From Chiloscyllium plagiosum (taxonomy: Eukaryota): a stretch of DNA of 64,000 bases. A program made the translations under genes and the position numbers. Below are positions 1 to 11,140 of the stretch, piece after piece (positions within the stretch are counted from its first letter, which is position 1; the number at the start of each line of letters is the position of its first letter). The DNA lies in contig NC_057718.1 in NCBI RefSeq assembly GCF_004010195.1, positions 9,029,664 through 9,093,663 on the forward strand, given 5' to 3'. The notes under the pieces are model-generated. The model was not told where the DNA came from. It searched no databases and worked only from the letters and a program-made list of their open reading frames with translations.

Positions 1-280
1 GTCAAATCCATCGAATTCAGCACCGCCTTCCTAACCTGCAATCTTCTTCCCGACCTCTCCGCCCCCCCCCCAGTCTGACCTATCATCCTCACCTTGACCT
101 CTTTCCACCTATCACATTTCCGACACCCCTCCCCCAAGTCCCTCCTCCCTATCTTTTATCTTAGCCTGCTGGACCAACTGTCCTCATTCCTGAAGAAGGG
201 CTAATGCCCGAAACGTCGATTCTCCTGTTCCCTAGATGCTGCCTGACCTGCTGCGCTTTTCCAGCAACACATTTCCATCT
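1..280 (+). mobile_element. PLE terminal repeat (pLTR), family A, window-truncated
   Basis: C/T-rich tract, then hammerhead motif and GATGCTGCCTGACCTGCTGCGCTTTTCCAGCAAC. The same sequence recurs about 10 times in the window, several times with TSDs. No family-A coding region was seen, so the PLE assignment is by analogy to families B, C and E. Confidence 0.75.
186..221 (+). ncRNA. Minimal type-I hammerhead ribozyme motif (family A)
   Basis: CUGAAGA 190-196; stem II GGGC-UAAU-GCCC 198-209; GAAA 210-213; CG-UC 214-217; short stem I (UC/GA). Confidence 0.7.
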
Positions 281-427
281 CTCCCTCTTTATGGGCATTT
301 AAACGGGCATTGGATAGGCATATGGAGGATAGTGGGCTAGTGTAGGTTAGGTGGGCTTGGATCGGCGCAACATCGAGGGCCAATGGGCCTGTACTGTGCT
401 GTATTCTTCTATGTTCTATGTTCTATA
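281..427 (+). mobile_element. CR1 LINE 3' end, (TATGTTC)n-tailed family
   Basis: AFKRALDRHME-type RT C-terminus and CTATGTT tandem tail. Near-identical to 5293-5565 (-). Confidence 0.8.
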
Positions 428-2034
428 AGTTAGGACCTTTTTCAAAATAGCTGATACACATTAAAAGCAATAAGTCCCAACACACCTTCCACAGATTGGT
501 GAGGTTAATGAGTTTCACTTGTATATACACATGGTTGCACTATTTTAACCAGATTCTTACAATCCTTTTACAGCTTTAATCTCAGACTTAAGTGTAACAA
601 TCGATTGCAACACAGTTTATTGCAATAGCATCAAATACATTTTCCCCAGGTGGTAACTCCTGAACATATGCAGTCATAAACTCCACATTAGAGTTCGCTA
701 TCACAGTGATTTCAAGTGTTCCTAGTTAACTGAGCATGGGCAGACACTGATTTATGAAAATGTAACTTATGAATGCTAATACTTACAAATGAGATCCCAT
801 GCAGGGGTGTATGGATATTAGCTTTAAAAATCTGACATGCTAACCTTTCCTTGTACTTACCACCAACTATTTGATATTGTCCTGCATTGTGTTCTGACTT
901 GCGCACAAATCGACTTATGAACACACTCAAGAATGCAACCCAATTGCAAGGTGGGGACTGCCTGTGTACTTTTACTGACAAGCCATAGAATCAGAAGGGA
1001 AAAGCAGAAGTGAGCCGTTCAGCCCATTGATTTGATGAGCTCATGACTGATATGATAATCCTCAATCCCACTTTCCTGCCTTTTCCCTATAACCCTTGAT
1101 TCCTTTACTGCTTAAAAATCCATCTATTTCAGCTTTGAATTTATTTAACGACACAGCCTTGCTAGCCCTCTGTGGTAGAAAATTCCACAGATAAAGTTTA
1201 CCTCAGTTTCTACACTGACAATCTTTGTTGCTTCCCTCCCTCTAAGTCAGCTGACCTCACATCTCCCATATCTTGCAGTCTCCTTGTAGTTTGCGTCCCT
1301 TTCACAATGTGTAAGTTATAATACTGCTTTCCCTTAATCCTCTTTGTAAAACAAGACTATATTGTTGTACTCTGTAAGATTTCTACTTGTACCTAAGATG
1401 GCACCAGTGTAAGGCAGCCATTATAAAAGACTTTTCACTGTGCTTCTGTACTTCTGAACTGGAGAACAAGTGACGATAAAGTATATTCTAACGTATTCTA
1501 TTCTCTCCCCATACATCCCTGCAGTCTTCCTGCATTACTATGCAACTTCCTCCTCTCTCTGCTCCCTTTTGAAACTTCTTCCTTCTCCTATCATCTTTGC
1601 TTCCTCTTTCTTTATTTCCACCTCCTTTAAGAACTCTTTCTCCACCCCAGTGTACACCCACATCCCGAAAGGTGGTCTCCCTGCCTCCCCACCTCCCAGC
1701 ATCCCCCACAAACTCCCCCTCCACATTTCTCTCCGCTGGGACAGGCTGTTTCTCTCCCTGCTGACAGGTTCATAACAAACTAATGACCCAAGGAGTCCAA
1801 ACAAGGGGTCACAGTCTGAGAGTGCGAGTAAACCATTTAGGAATGAGCTGAGGAGAAATGTCTTCACCCAGAAAGTGGCAAGCCTGTGGATTTCTCTGCC
1901 ACAAGGCCGAAATATTGTATGATTTCAAGAAGGAGTGAGGTATAACACTGAAGGGATCAATGGAGACTGGAGGAGAACCAGGAAGAGGCTATTGAATTGG
2001 ATGATGGACAATCATCATAAGATTTATACAATTA

Positions 2035-2342
2035 AGATTAGATTACTTACAGTGTGGAAACAGGCCCTCGGCCCAACAAGTCCACACCGACACGCAACCC
2101 ACCCAGACCCATTCCCCTACATTTATCCCTTCACCTAACACTATGGGCAATTTAGCATGGCCAATTCACCTAACCTGCACATTTTTGGTCTGTGGGAGGA
2201 AACCGGAGCACCTGGAGGAAACCCACACAGACACGGGGACAATGTGCAAACTCCACACAATCAGTCGCCTGAGGCGGGAATTGAACCCAGGTCTCTGGTG
2301 CTGTGAGGCAACAATGCTAACCACTGTGCCACCGTGCCGCCC
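2035..2342 (-). mobile_element. HE1-like V-SINE
   Basis: tRNA-like head GGCGGCACGGTGGCACAGTGGTTAGCA, V-domain GGAGTTTGCACATT, CR1-like 3' end with (TAATC)n tail. Confidence 0.9.
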
Positions 2343-3098
2343 CTTGGGGAAGAGTAGCACCTTGGGGAATGCTGTAGAATAAAGAAACCCAGGGGTTCAA
2401 GTAAATAATGCTTTGAAGTTTATATTACATTTAGACGAGGCGGTTAAGAAGGCATTTAGCACACTTGCCTTCATTGTTCACACCTTTGAGTATAGGAGTT
2501 GGGCCGTTATCTTCAGGCTGTACAGGACGTTGGTGAGGCCTCTTCTGGAATACTGTGTCCAGTTTTGGTCGCCCTGTTATAGGAAGGCTATTACTACGCT
2601 CAAGAGGGGTCAGAAGAAATTTACCCGAATGTTGTATGGAAGCCTTATAAAGAAAGGCTGGATAGGCCGGGACTTTTTCACTGGAGTGTAGTAGGTTGAC
2701 AGGCAACCTTATAGAGGTTTATAAAATAATGAGGGGTTTAGACAGAGTTAATAGTCTTTTCCCCAGGATGGGGGATTTCAAGACTAGGGGACACATGTTT
2801 AAGGTGAGAGGAGAAAGATTTAAAAAAAAACATGAGGGGCAAATGTTTTAGACAGAGAGTGGTTCGTGTGTGGAATGAACATCTGGAGGAAGTGGCGGAT
2901 GTAAGTACACTTACAACGTTTAAGAGACATTTGAATAAGTACATGATTAAGAAATGTTTGGAGAGATATAGGCCAACCTCACTTTCTCCTCGGAGATATA
3001 GGCCAAGCACAGGGGGCAGGTGGGTCTTGTTCAGTTTGGGATTATGGTTTGTATGGACAGTTTAGACCGTAGGGTCTGTTTCCATGCTGTATGACTCT
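2343..3098 (+). mobile_element. CR1 LINE 3' fragment (RT C-terminal region)
   Basis: Frameshifted LYRTLVRPLLEYCVQFWSPC and QRVVRVWNE motifs; ATGACTCT tail. Confidence 0.9.
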
Positions 3099-3645
3099 GT
3101 TAGGAATGGTAGTGCAGGCTGGAAGGTCTCCTCCTGCTCCTATTTTCTGTTTCCATGTGATGCAGCAGCTCGAATGAGTGGTAATGAAGAAACAAAGGTT
3201 GTGTTGAATTGAGGTGTGGTTTATGACATAAAAATAACTTGAATGTGACAGGGATGGGATAAAATAAGAGACAAGACAAAAGACCATATCAGAAAAGAAA
3301 AGACAAAGGGAAAATAAATATAAATCAAACAAATGGAGGCAACAACTATAATCCAAAGTTGTTAAATGCTCTCAAGAGTGATTAGGGTGGACAGTAATTA
3401 TTGGCCTTGTCAGAGATATCAGAGATACTCACAAATAAGTAAACAAGAAAATACATTTTTAATTGTAAAATTATTCATTTATATTTCATTTTGTCTTCAA
3501 TCTGCTCCAGCCACCAGGAACCCATTATAGTGAAATGAGGCATCTTCCCTAGTTAATTTTCAGGATTCTCCCATTGATTCCTGGTGTCCATATTGCAGGA
3601 TATGAATGGAAAAGAAAGCCCTGGTGTGACCTTAGGACCCTCACT

Positions 3646-3647
<2 letters not shown>

Positions 3648-3676
<29 letters not shown>
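3648..3676. repeat. (CT)n microsatellite
   Basis: Direct observation. Confidence 0.95.
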
Positions 3677-3679
<3 letters not shown>

Positions 3680-3703
3680 CCACTCTCAGGCACTTTTCCC
3701 CTT

Positions 3704-3791
3704 GATTTGGAGGTGTCGGTGTTGGACTGGGGTGTACAAAGTTAAAAAAATCACACAACACCAGGTTATAGTCCAACAGGTTTATTTAGAA
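3704..3791 (-). mobile_element. PLE pLTR family B 3' fragment with 14-bp TSD
   Basis: TSD GCACTTTTCCCCTT at 3690-3703 and 3792-3805; insert matches the family B tail. Confidence 0.85.
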
Positions 3792-4121
3792 GCACTTTTC
3801 CCCTTCCATCTATGTCTCAGTTCCCAGCTTCTGACAAAAGAGGCATCAACTAGTACTCGATGTTTAAAAATCTCCTAATCAGCCCACCCTTGTAAAATAA
3901 GAGAAAAACATGTTTGTGTTGGCAGTGGAATAATATTTAGCTTTGAGCAGTTTCCAACAATTTAATTCGCAAATAGATTTAGCTTCAGAGAGAAGCAGCG
4001 TTATTACAGCTCTGACACTTGAGCTGATTCACCAGTGCCCTCAATGATGGGATGTGTCATTCCAATTAAGGGTCGTTTACATTTCCACACATCAGTGGAT
4101 GGGACATTTGGCGTTCCAAGC

Positions 4122-4230
4122 ACAAACACACACATAGACACACACAAACACAGACATATACACACACAAACTACACACACATACACACACACACGACACA
4201 CATACACACACGACACACATACACACACAA
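4122..4230. repeat. Degenerate (CA)n low-complexity tract
   Basis: Direct observation. Confidence 0.9.
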
Positions 4231-4498
4231 ACATCCGAAACGTTTTGCGAACTTGACGAGGCACTTTGCAGTAAGAGTGAGGGAGAATCCAGCTGTGACT
4301 TTATTAAGATTTTGTTTAGGTTCACCGCAAGATTCAAACCACAGACTCAAAGCCCAGCAATACTCAGATTCCAGGCTGTTTTGTGTTGGGGAGAGCTGTT
4401 GCCTGAGTGTACTGCCTCTGTAGTGGGATGAGTGTGTATGGACTACACAGGAGGCCATTCAACCCATCATATTCCTATGCTGGTCTTTTTTCCATGTA

Positions 4499-4672
4499 CA
4501 GAGAAACCTCGATTATCCGGCATTTGATTGTCCGAATATTGGATTATCCGGCAAGATCGCAAGGTGCCGATCTCGGATAAACTATGTTATCCGGCATTCG
4601 ATTATCCAGAATTTGATTAACCAAATAAAATAATCCCTGCCCATGTCCTTCGGGATAATTGAGATTCCTCTG
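4499..4672. mobile_element. Tc1/mariner-superfamily (pogo/Tigger-like) MITE
   Basis: Terminal inverted repeats CAGAGAAACCTCGATTATCCG / CGGGATAATTGAGATTCCTCTG. TA flanks at 4497-4498 and 4673-4674. Internal GATTATCCG repeats. Confidence 0.8.
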
Positions 4673-5292
4673 TATTCACAAACTTTCCTTTTCAAGTATT
4701 AACCGCTGTCAAAAATTCCTCTTAAATCTCCTTCCACTGCCCCGTCAGGCAGCAATTTAGCTTCAGAGAGAAACACTTGGTTGTAACCCTGACACTCAAG
4801 ATGATTTGCTCTTGCTTGCAATGATGGGACAGCAACGTGGTTGATTCTTAACAGCTCTCTGGGCAATTAGGGATGGGCAATAAATGCTGGCCTAGCCAGT
4901 CATGTCCATGAATGTATTAAAATAAACTCTATGAGATTATAAAACTTAGGAGAAGAAGTAAGCCATTCAGCCCATCAAAGTTGACCTGCCACACAGTGAG
5001 GTCACAGTTGATCTGTTTATCCTCAACTCCACTTTCCTGCTTTCCCTTTGTGTAACTTGATTCACTTCCTGATTAAAAATCTCCCTCTCTCAGCCTTGAA
5101 TGCACTCAGTCTCCGCGGCAGAAGTTGTTTTTTTCAAGTCACCTCTGATTCATTTGCCAAACACCTTCAATCTGTTGGCCAGGAGTTTGTCGTCAGCTAG
5201 ATCCTGGATCTGAATGGAGGTCAGGTAGGTCACAAATCAGCCATGATCTTGTTGCCACGCAGAAAGAAACAGCACTTCAGGGGTTTAAGTTA

Positions 5293-5565
5293 CATAGAAC
5301 ATAGAACATAGAAGAATACAGCGCAGTACAGGCCCTCTGGCCCTCGATGTTGCGCCGATCCAAGCCCACCTAACCTACACTAGCCCACTATCCTCCATAT
5401 GCCTATCCAATGCACGTTTAAATGCCCATAATGAAGGAGTGTCCACCACTGCTACTGGCAGGGCATTCCATGAACTCACGACTCGCTGAGTAAAGAATCT
5501 ACCCCTAACATCTGTCCTATACCTACCCCCCCTTAATTTAAAGCTATGCCCCCTTGTAATAGCTG
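5293..5565 (-). mobile_element. CR1 LINE 3' end
   Basis: TRGHSFKLRGGRYRTDVRGRFFTQRVVSSWNALP motif; (CATAGAA)n tail on + strand. Confidence 0.9.
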
Positions 5566-5644
5566 AAGTTAGGGAAAGATTCCACAAATTCGGCCTGTTT
5601 TCTCCAGAATTTAGAATATTAAGGGGCAATCTTATCAAAGTCAG

Positions 5645-6582
5645 TGAAGAAGGTTACCTTGATCAGATGGGAAAAAGTGAGGACTGCAGATGCTGGAGAC
5701 CAGAGTTGAAAAGTGTGGTGCTGGAAAAACACAGCAGGCCAGGCAGCATCCGAGGAGCAGGAGAATCGACGTTTCGGGCATAAGCTTGGATCAGATGGAC
5801 CAGTGGGCCGAATATTGGCAGATCGAGTTTAATTCAGATAAATGTGAGAAGTTGCATTTTGGTAAGACGAACCAGGGCAGGACTTATACAGTTAACGGTC
5901 GGGCCCTGGGAATGTTGTTGAACACAGAGACCTGAGGGTGCAGATATACATAGTTCCTAGAAAGTGGCATCACAGGTAAACAGGGTGGTGCAGAAGGCAT
6001 TTGGTACACTTGCCTTCATTGGTCAGAACATTGAGTATAGGAGGTGGGACAGCTATACAAAACATTGATAATGGGACACGTGAAATACTGCACATAATTC
6101 TGGTCACCTTGCTGTAGAAAGCTGTTATTAAACTGGAAAGGGTGCAAAGAAAGACTTACAAAACTGTTACAAAGACTGAAAGGAGAAGCTGGATTGGCTG
6201 GGACTTTTTTTCCCTGGAACGGAGGAAGCTGAGGGGTGACCTGATAGAGATTTATACAATCATGACGGCATACATAAAGTGAATACCCTTTTCCGCAGGG
6301 TAGGATAGTCCAAGCATAGAGGGCATAGGTTTAAGGTGAAAGGGGAAAGATTTAAAAGGGACCTAAAGGGCAACGTTTTCTCACAGATGGTGGTGCATGT
6401 ATGGAATGAGCTGCCAGAAGAAGTGGTAGAGACGGGTACAATTACAACATTTAAAACGCATCTGAATGGGTATATGGTAGGAAGGGTTAAAGGGATACGG
6501 GCCAAATGCAACCCAGTTCAGTTTAGGACATCTGTTCGGCATGGATGAGTTGGGCCAAAGGGACTGCTGTATGACTCTATGA
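5645..6582 (+). mobile_element. CR1 LINE 3' fragment interrupted by a family A pLTR fragment (about 5671-5785, -)
   Basis: WQIEFNSDKCEKLHFG and VWNELPEEVVE motifs; GATCAGATGG duplicated around the insert. Confidence 0.88.
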
Positions 6583-6807
6583 CCCTTCAAGATATTAAAA
6601 GTAAAAAGCAGGGTAGATAAAGTTAACCCTTTCCACTGATGAGGGATTCTAGAACTAGGGGAAAGAGCTTGAGAATTAGGGCCATTATCTCTCAGCAACA
6701 ATCTTACAACTACATTTGTATTTGGAATATGGAAGACCAATCAGACCAAAGCTTGGGCCAATATAATAACCCAAACAGTCACATCGCAGGACCTTATTCT
6801 GAATGTA

Positions 6808-6939
6808 GGAGAAAGTGAGGACGGCAGATGCTGGAGATTAGAGTCAAGAGTACGGTGCTGGAAAAGCACAGCAGGTCAGGCAGCATCTGAGGAGCAGGAG
6901 AGTCAACATTTTGGACAAAAGCCCTTCATTAGAAATGTT
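6808..6939 (-). mobile_element. PLE pLTR family A insertion with 15-bp TSD
   Basis: TSD CTTATTCTGAATGTA at 6793-6807 and 6940-6954; hammerhead core decayed. Confidence 0.85.
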
Positions 6940-7804
6940 CTTATTCTGAATGTACCAACTAACTAAGCATCTAGAACTCCTCAGGGTACAAGGATTTGCA
7001 AGATTCTTCACCCTTCAGGTGTAGAAATATCTCCACATCAGAGTCCAAATGGATATGCATCCGACCCCCCACCACTCTTGTCCTGAGACCATGCCCCAAG
7101 TGGTAGACTTCCCAGTGATACAGAAACAGCCTCCCAACATCTAGCCTGTCAGAATCATAAAGAATTTTTTATCAGTCATTCATATTGAAATTGACCCTAT
7201 TTGAGATTACTCTATTCCACAAATTCCATTTCAGAATTCCAATCAGAGTACTTTCTCCTCAGCCAAAGCAGAATGATATACTTTACACTCGGTCCGATAT
7301 GAAGAATCAGTAAGGGACCTTTGCACACGTAAAATAGCATCATTGTAAACAATCTGTACATGTTATGAATTAAAGACTGACAGCTATGTGTGCTTTTTTC
7401 AAAATAACTGTTGATGCCCTAATTCAAGGAATTATAATATTGAACCAAGACATTCTTTATATCACCAGAACAATTAGCTTTCCTCTCTTTTTTAAATTCT
7501 ACCCATTTTATGGCAATTTTGGACATTCTGTAATGCTAAAAACACTGCCTGGAGTGAACTGGTGTTGCCCTGGGAGCTAAATGGATACCCTGCATGTTCC
7601 AACACTGTTTCTCATTTCTATTGAGTATTCTATGTTTGTTCATGTAACCTCCTGCAAATCCCAGTGCATATTTTCTTAAGATTAAGGAGCAAGCGTAGAC
7701 AATCGAGCCCCTCACTCATGCTCTGCCATCTAACACAATAATGGTTGATCTCTTCACACTTCAACTCCACTTCCCTGCCCATTCCTCATTGATCTTTAAC
7801 TCAT

Positions 7805-8235
7805 AAGGAGGAGTTGGATAGGCTGGGACTTTTTTTCCCTGGCGCGTAGGAGATTGAGCGGTGACCTTATGGAAATCTACAAAATCATGAGAGGCATTGA
7901 TACGGTAGATAGTCAATAGCTTTTCCCTGTGGTAGGGGAGTCTAAAACTAGAGGGCATAGGTTTAAGGGAAGAGCTACAATAGAGTCCAGACGGACACCT
8001 ATTTTCACACAGAGGTCAATGAGTGTCTGGAACAGGCTGCTGGAGGTAGTGGTGGAAGCGAATACAATTTGATTATTTAAGACACTTGGACAGGTACATG
8101 GATGGGATAGATATGGAGGTATATGGACAAAATGCAGGCAAATAGGACTAGTTGAAATTGTGAAAACTGGGCAGCAATGGCAGGTTGAGTCACAAGACCT
8201 GTTTCCAGGCAGCAGACCTCTATTACTATGACTCT
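7805..8235 (+). mobile_element. CR1 LINE 3' fragment
   Basis: RGDLMEIYKIMRGID and TRGHRFK motifs; ATGACTCT tail. Confidence 0.85.
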
Positions 8236-8539
8236 ACACTCATTACTAATTAAGAATCTCCTCCTTAAGTTTCCATAGCTTCCCGGCAGCCTCCATACTC
8301 TAGGGTAGGAAATTCCACAGATTCACGACCCTTTTGACAACCATTACTGGTACAACTGAAGACTCACAGAACCTCCGCAAAGTCTTTCCCCTCTGCCAAC
8401 ACAAGCTATTTGTTATTTGCACTTTTTAGTACAGAATATAGTGCCAGGGGCTAACACGTACACAAGTTACAACCCCTCAGATGATCTCATCAGCTCTAAG
8501 CCACATAAAGATGGCACAGTTTCATTGTCATTCTAATGC

Positions 8540-9270
8540 TCAGGCAATGTCTATCTCCACCAAGAGAGAAACCAACCACTACCTCTTGACATTCAAAGGC
8601 ATTACCATCACTGAATCCATCTCTATTAACATCCTGGAGGTTACCATTGACCCGAAATTGAATAAAGACTATCCATATAAATACTTCAAAGGCAGGTCAG
8701 AGGCTGGAAGTTTAGTGACGGGTTTTCACTTACTGACCCTTCAAAGTCTGTCATAGAGTCATGTAGAACGGAAACAGACCCTTTAATCCAAGCTGTCCAC
8801 GCTGACCGTGTTTCCCAAACTAAACTAGTCCCATTTACCTGCTTTTGGCCCATATCTCTTTAAATCTTTCTTATTCATGTACCAGTCCAAATGTCTTTTA
8901 AATGCACAAATTAAGAGTGCAATGGAATATTCTCCACTTCCCTGGAGGGATGGAATTGCAATAACGTGCAAGGATCTTGGCAGAATTAGGACAATGCAGC
9001 CAACATGAATCCACCATCTTTAACATCCACTCCTTCCACCATCAACGCTCAGTAGCTGCACTGTGTACCATCTCCAAGATGCAGTGCAGAAATTCATCCA
9101 AGGTGTTGAGTCAACACTTTTCAAACCCATGACCACTTCCATCTAGAAGGACGAGGGCAGCAGAAACATGGGAACACCACCACCCTCAGGTTCCCATTCA
9201 AGCCACTCACCCTCCCTGACTTGGAAATATATCGCCATTACTTCACTGACGCTAGGTCAAAATCCTGGAA
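8540..9270 (+). mobile_element. Older CR1/L2-superclade LINE fragment with nested CR1 3' end (about 8752-8903, -)
   Basis: INILEVTIDPKL-type RT C-terminal motif. Same family at about 12535-13150 (-), 20780-21200, 29460-29900 (-) and 43630-44155. Confidence 0.7.
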
Positions 9271-9284
9271 CAGAAAGGCAACTT

Positions 9285-10540
9285 GTCATCTAAATGGAGA
9301 GAAACTCCAGAGTGCTTTAGAGCAGAGGGACAAAAACAAAAGTTGCTGGAAAAGCTCAGCAGGTCTGGCAGCATCTGTGGAGAGAAATCAGAGTTGACGT
9401 TTCAAGTCCAGTGACTCTTGTTTAGAACTGATGGTAGCTCGAAAAATGCTGGTTTATACGCGGAAAATCGGGTTGGGGGAGGGGTTAAGGAGTGAATGAT
9501 AGGTGGGGATAGAGCCCAAAGAGAGAGAACAGCAGTTAGACAGACAAAGGAGTGGAGAACAATCCAGCTAGGAGGGTGAATAACTACAAGTGGGGACAGT
9601 AGCTATTCACCTTCCTAGCCTGATACTAATTCACTCCTTTGTCTGTCTAACTGTTCCTCTATCTCTCTTTGGGCTCCATCCCCACCTATCGTTCACTCCT
9701 TAATCCCTCCCCCAACCCGACCTTCTGCATATAAACTGGCATTTTCCTGGCCACCATCAGTTAAAGTGACTTGACCCAAAGCGTTAACTCTGATTTCTCT
9801 CCACAGATGCTTTTCCAGCAATTTCTGTTTTTGTTCCCGATTGGCAGCATCTGCAGTTCTTTAGAGAAGAGTGATCTGAATGTCCCTTTGCATGAATCAC
9901 AGAAAGCTAGTTCTCAGGTCCAGCAGGTAATAAGGAGAGCAAAGGGAAGTTTGACATTTATTGCCATGGGAATAGAGTATTAAAGCAGGGAGGTGTTGCT
10001 GCAACTGTACAAGGCAGCAGTGAGACCATACCTGGAGTATTGTGTACAAATTTGGTCTCCTTACTGGAGGAAGGATGTAGTTGTATTGAAAGTAGTTCAG
10101 AGGAGGTTCAATAGTTTGATTCCAGAGATGAGGGGTTTGTCTTATGAAGAGCAATTGAGCAGTTTAAGCCCCTACTCTCTGGAGTTTAGCCAAATGAGCG
10201 GCTGGAAGTTCAGTGAATGCACAAGCTACAACCCCTCAGATGATCTCATCATCTCTAAGCCACACAAAGATGGCACAGTTTCTTAGTCATTCTAATGTTC
10301 AGGCAATGTCCATCTCCACCAGGAGAGGTACATAACTTGCTAAAGGGGATTGACAAAGTAGACATAGAGAGGATATTTCTTCATTTGGAACAATCTAGAA
10401 CGAGAGGTCATAGTTTTAGGATAAGGGGTATCTGACTTAAAACAGAGAGGAGGAGAAATTCCTTTTCTCAAAGGGTCCCTTATCCTCAAAGGGAATGTGG
10501 AGTTCATTCCCCGGAGTGTAGAGGATGCTGGGGCACTGGC
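9285..10540 (+). mobile_element. CR1 LINE RT fragment interrupted by two insertions
   Basis: LLQLYKAAVRPYLEYCVQIWSPY motif; sequence continuous across the inserts at 9331-9858 and 10200-10327. Confidence 0.85.
9331..9858. mobile_element. Palindromic PLE pLTR insertion (family E), about 530 bp
   Basis: Two inverted arms meeting near 9590-9600. TSD CTTTAGAGCAGAGGGA 9315-9330 / CTTTAGAGAAGAGTGA 9859-9874. Arms match the pLTR downstream of the GIY-YIG remnant at 21203-22165. Confidence 0.85.
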
Positions 10541-10559
10541 ATTGACAATAAAGCTTAAT

Positions 10560-10766
10560 AAATCACACAACACCAGGTTAGAGTCCAACAGGTCTATCTG
10601 GAAGGACTAGTTTTCGGAGCACTGCTCCTTCGTCAGGTAGCTAACTGACAAAGGAACAGTGCTCTGAAAGCTAGTGCCTCCAAATAAACCTGTCGGACTA
10701 TAACCTGGTATTGAGTGATTTTTAACTTTGTCCACCCCAGTCCAACACCAGCACCTCCACATCATC
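10560..10766. mobile_element. Palindromic PLE pLTR family B insertion
   Basis: Inverted arms ATCACACAACACCAGGTT...AACCTGGTATTGAGTGAT. Minus strand reads CUGACGA-GGAGC/GCUCC-GAAA. Flanks ACAATAAAGCT / ACAATAAAAGCT. Confidence 0.85.
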
Positions 10767-10975
10767 AACAATAAAAGCTATCTTAGCCCACATCCCATCA
10801 GAACAGAAGGCACAGGAACAGAAGTAGGCCATTCAGCCCATCAAGTCTGCTCTGTCATTTAGTGAGATCACAGCTGATCTGATCATCCTCAATTCCATTT
10901 TCCTGCCTTTTCCCCATAACCCTTAATTACTGCTTCAAGGCTGGAATAGAACCTGAATCCCTGGTAATGGAAGAG

Positions 10976-11140
10976 ACAAAACAAACTGTAGACGCTGGAA
11001 TCTAAAGTAGACAAGCAGCAGGCAGCAGCAAGTGGCGGAGAAGTCAATGTTTCTGAAGAAGGATGACATCTGAAACGTTGACATCTCCACCTCCTGATGC
11101 TACCTGGCCTGCTGTGTTCTTCCAGCCTCCTGCTTGTCTC
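10976..11140. mobile_element. Short inverted-repeat pLTR-like insertion (family D) with hammerhead-like core
   Basis: AGACAAGCAG...CTGCTTGTCT inverted arms; CUGAAGA 11053-11059, GAAA-CG-UU 11072-11079; degenerate TSD CCCTGGT. Confidence 0.6.

Noticed and set aside
861..974. Possible 114-nt minus-strand exon (AG...GTAAGT)
   Set aside because: The acceptor pyrimidine tract derives from an adjacent LINE tail; two frames are open but neither peptide is recognisable.
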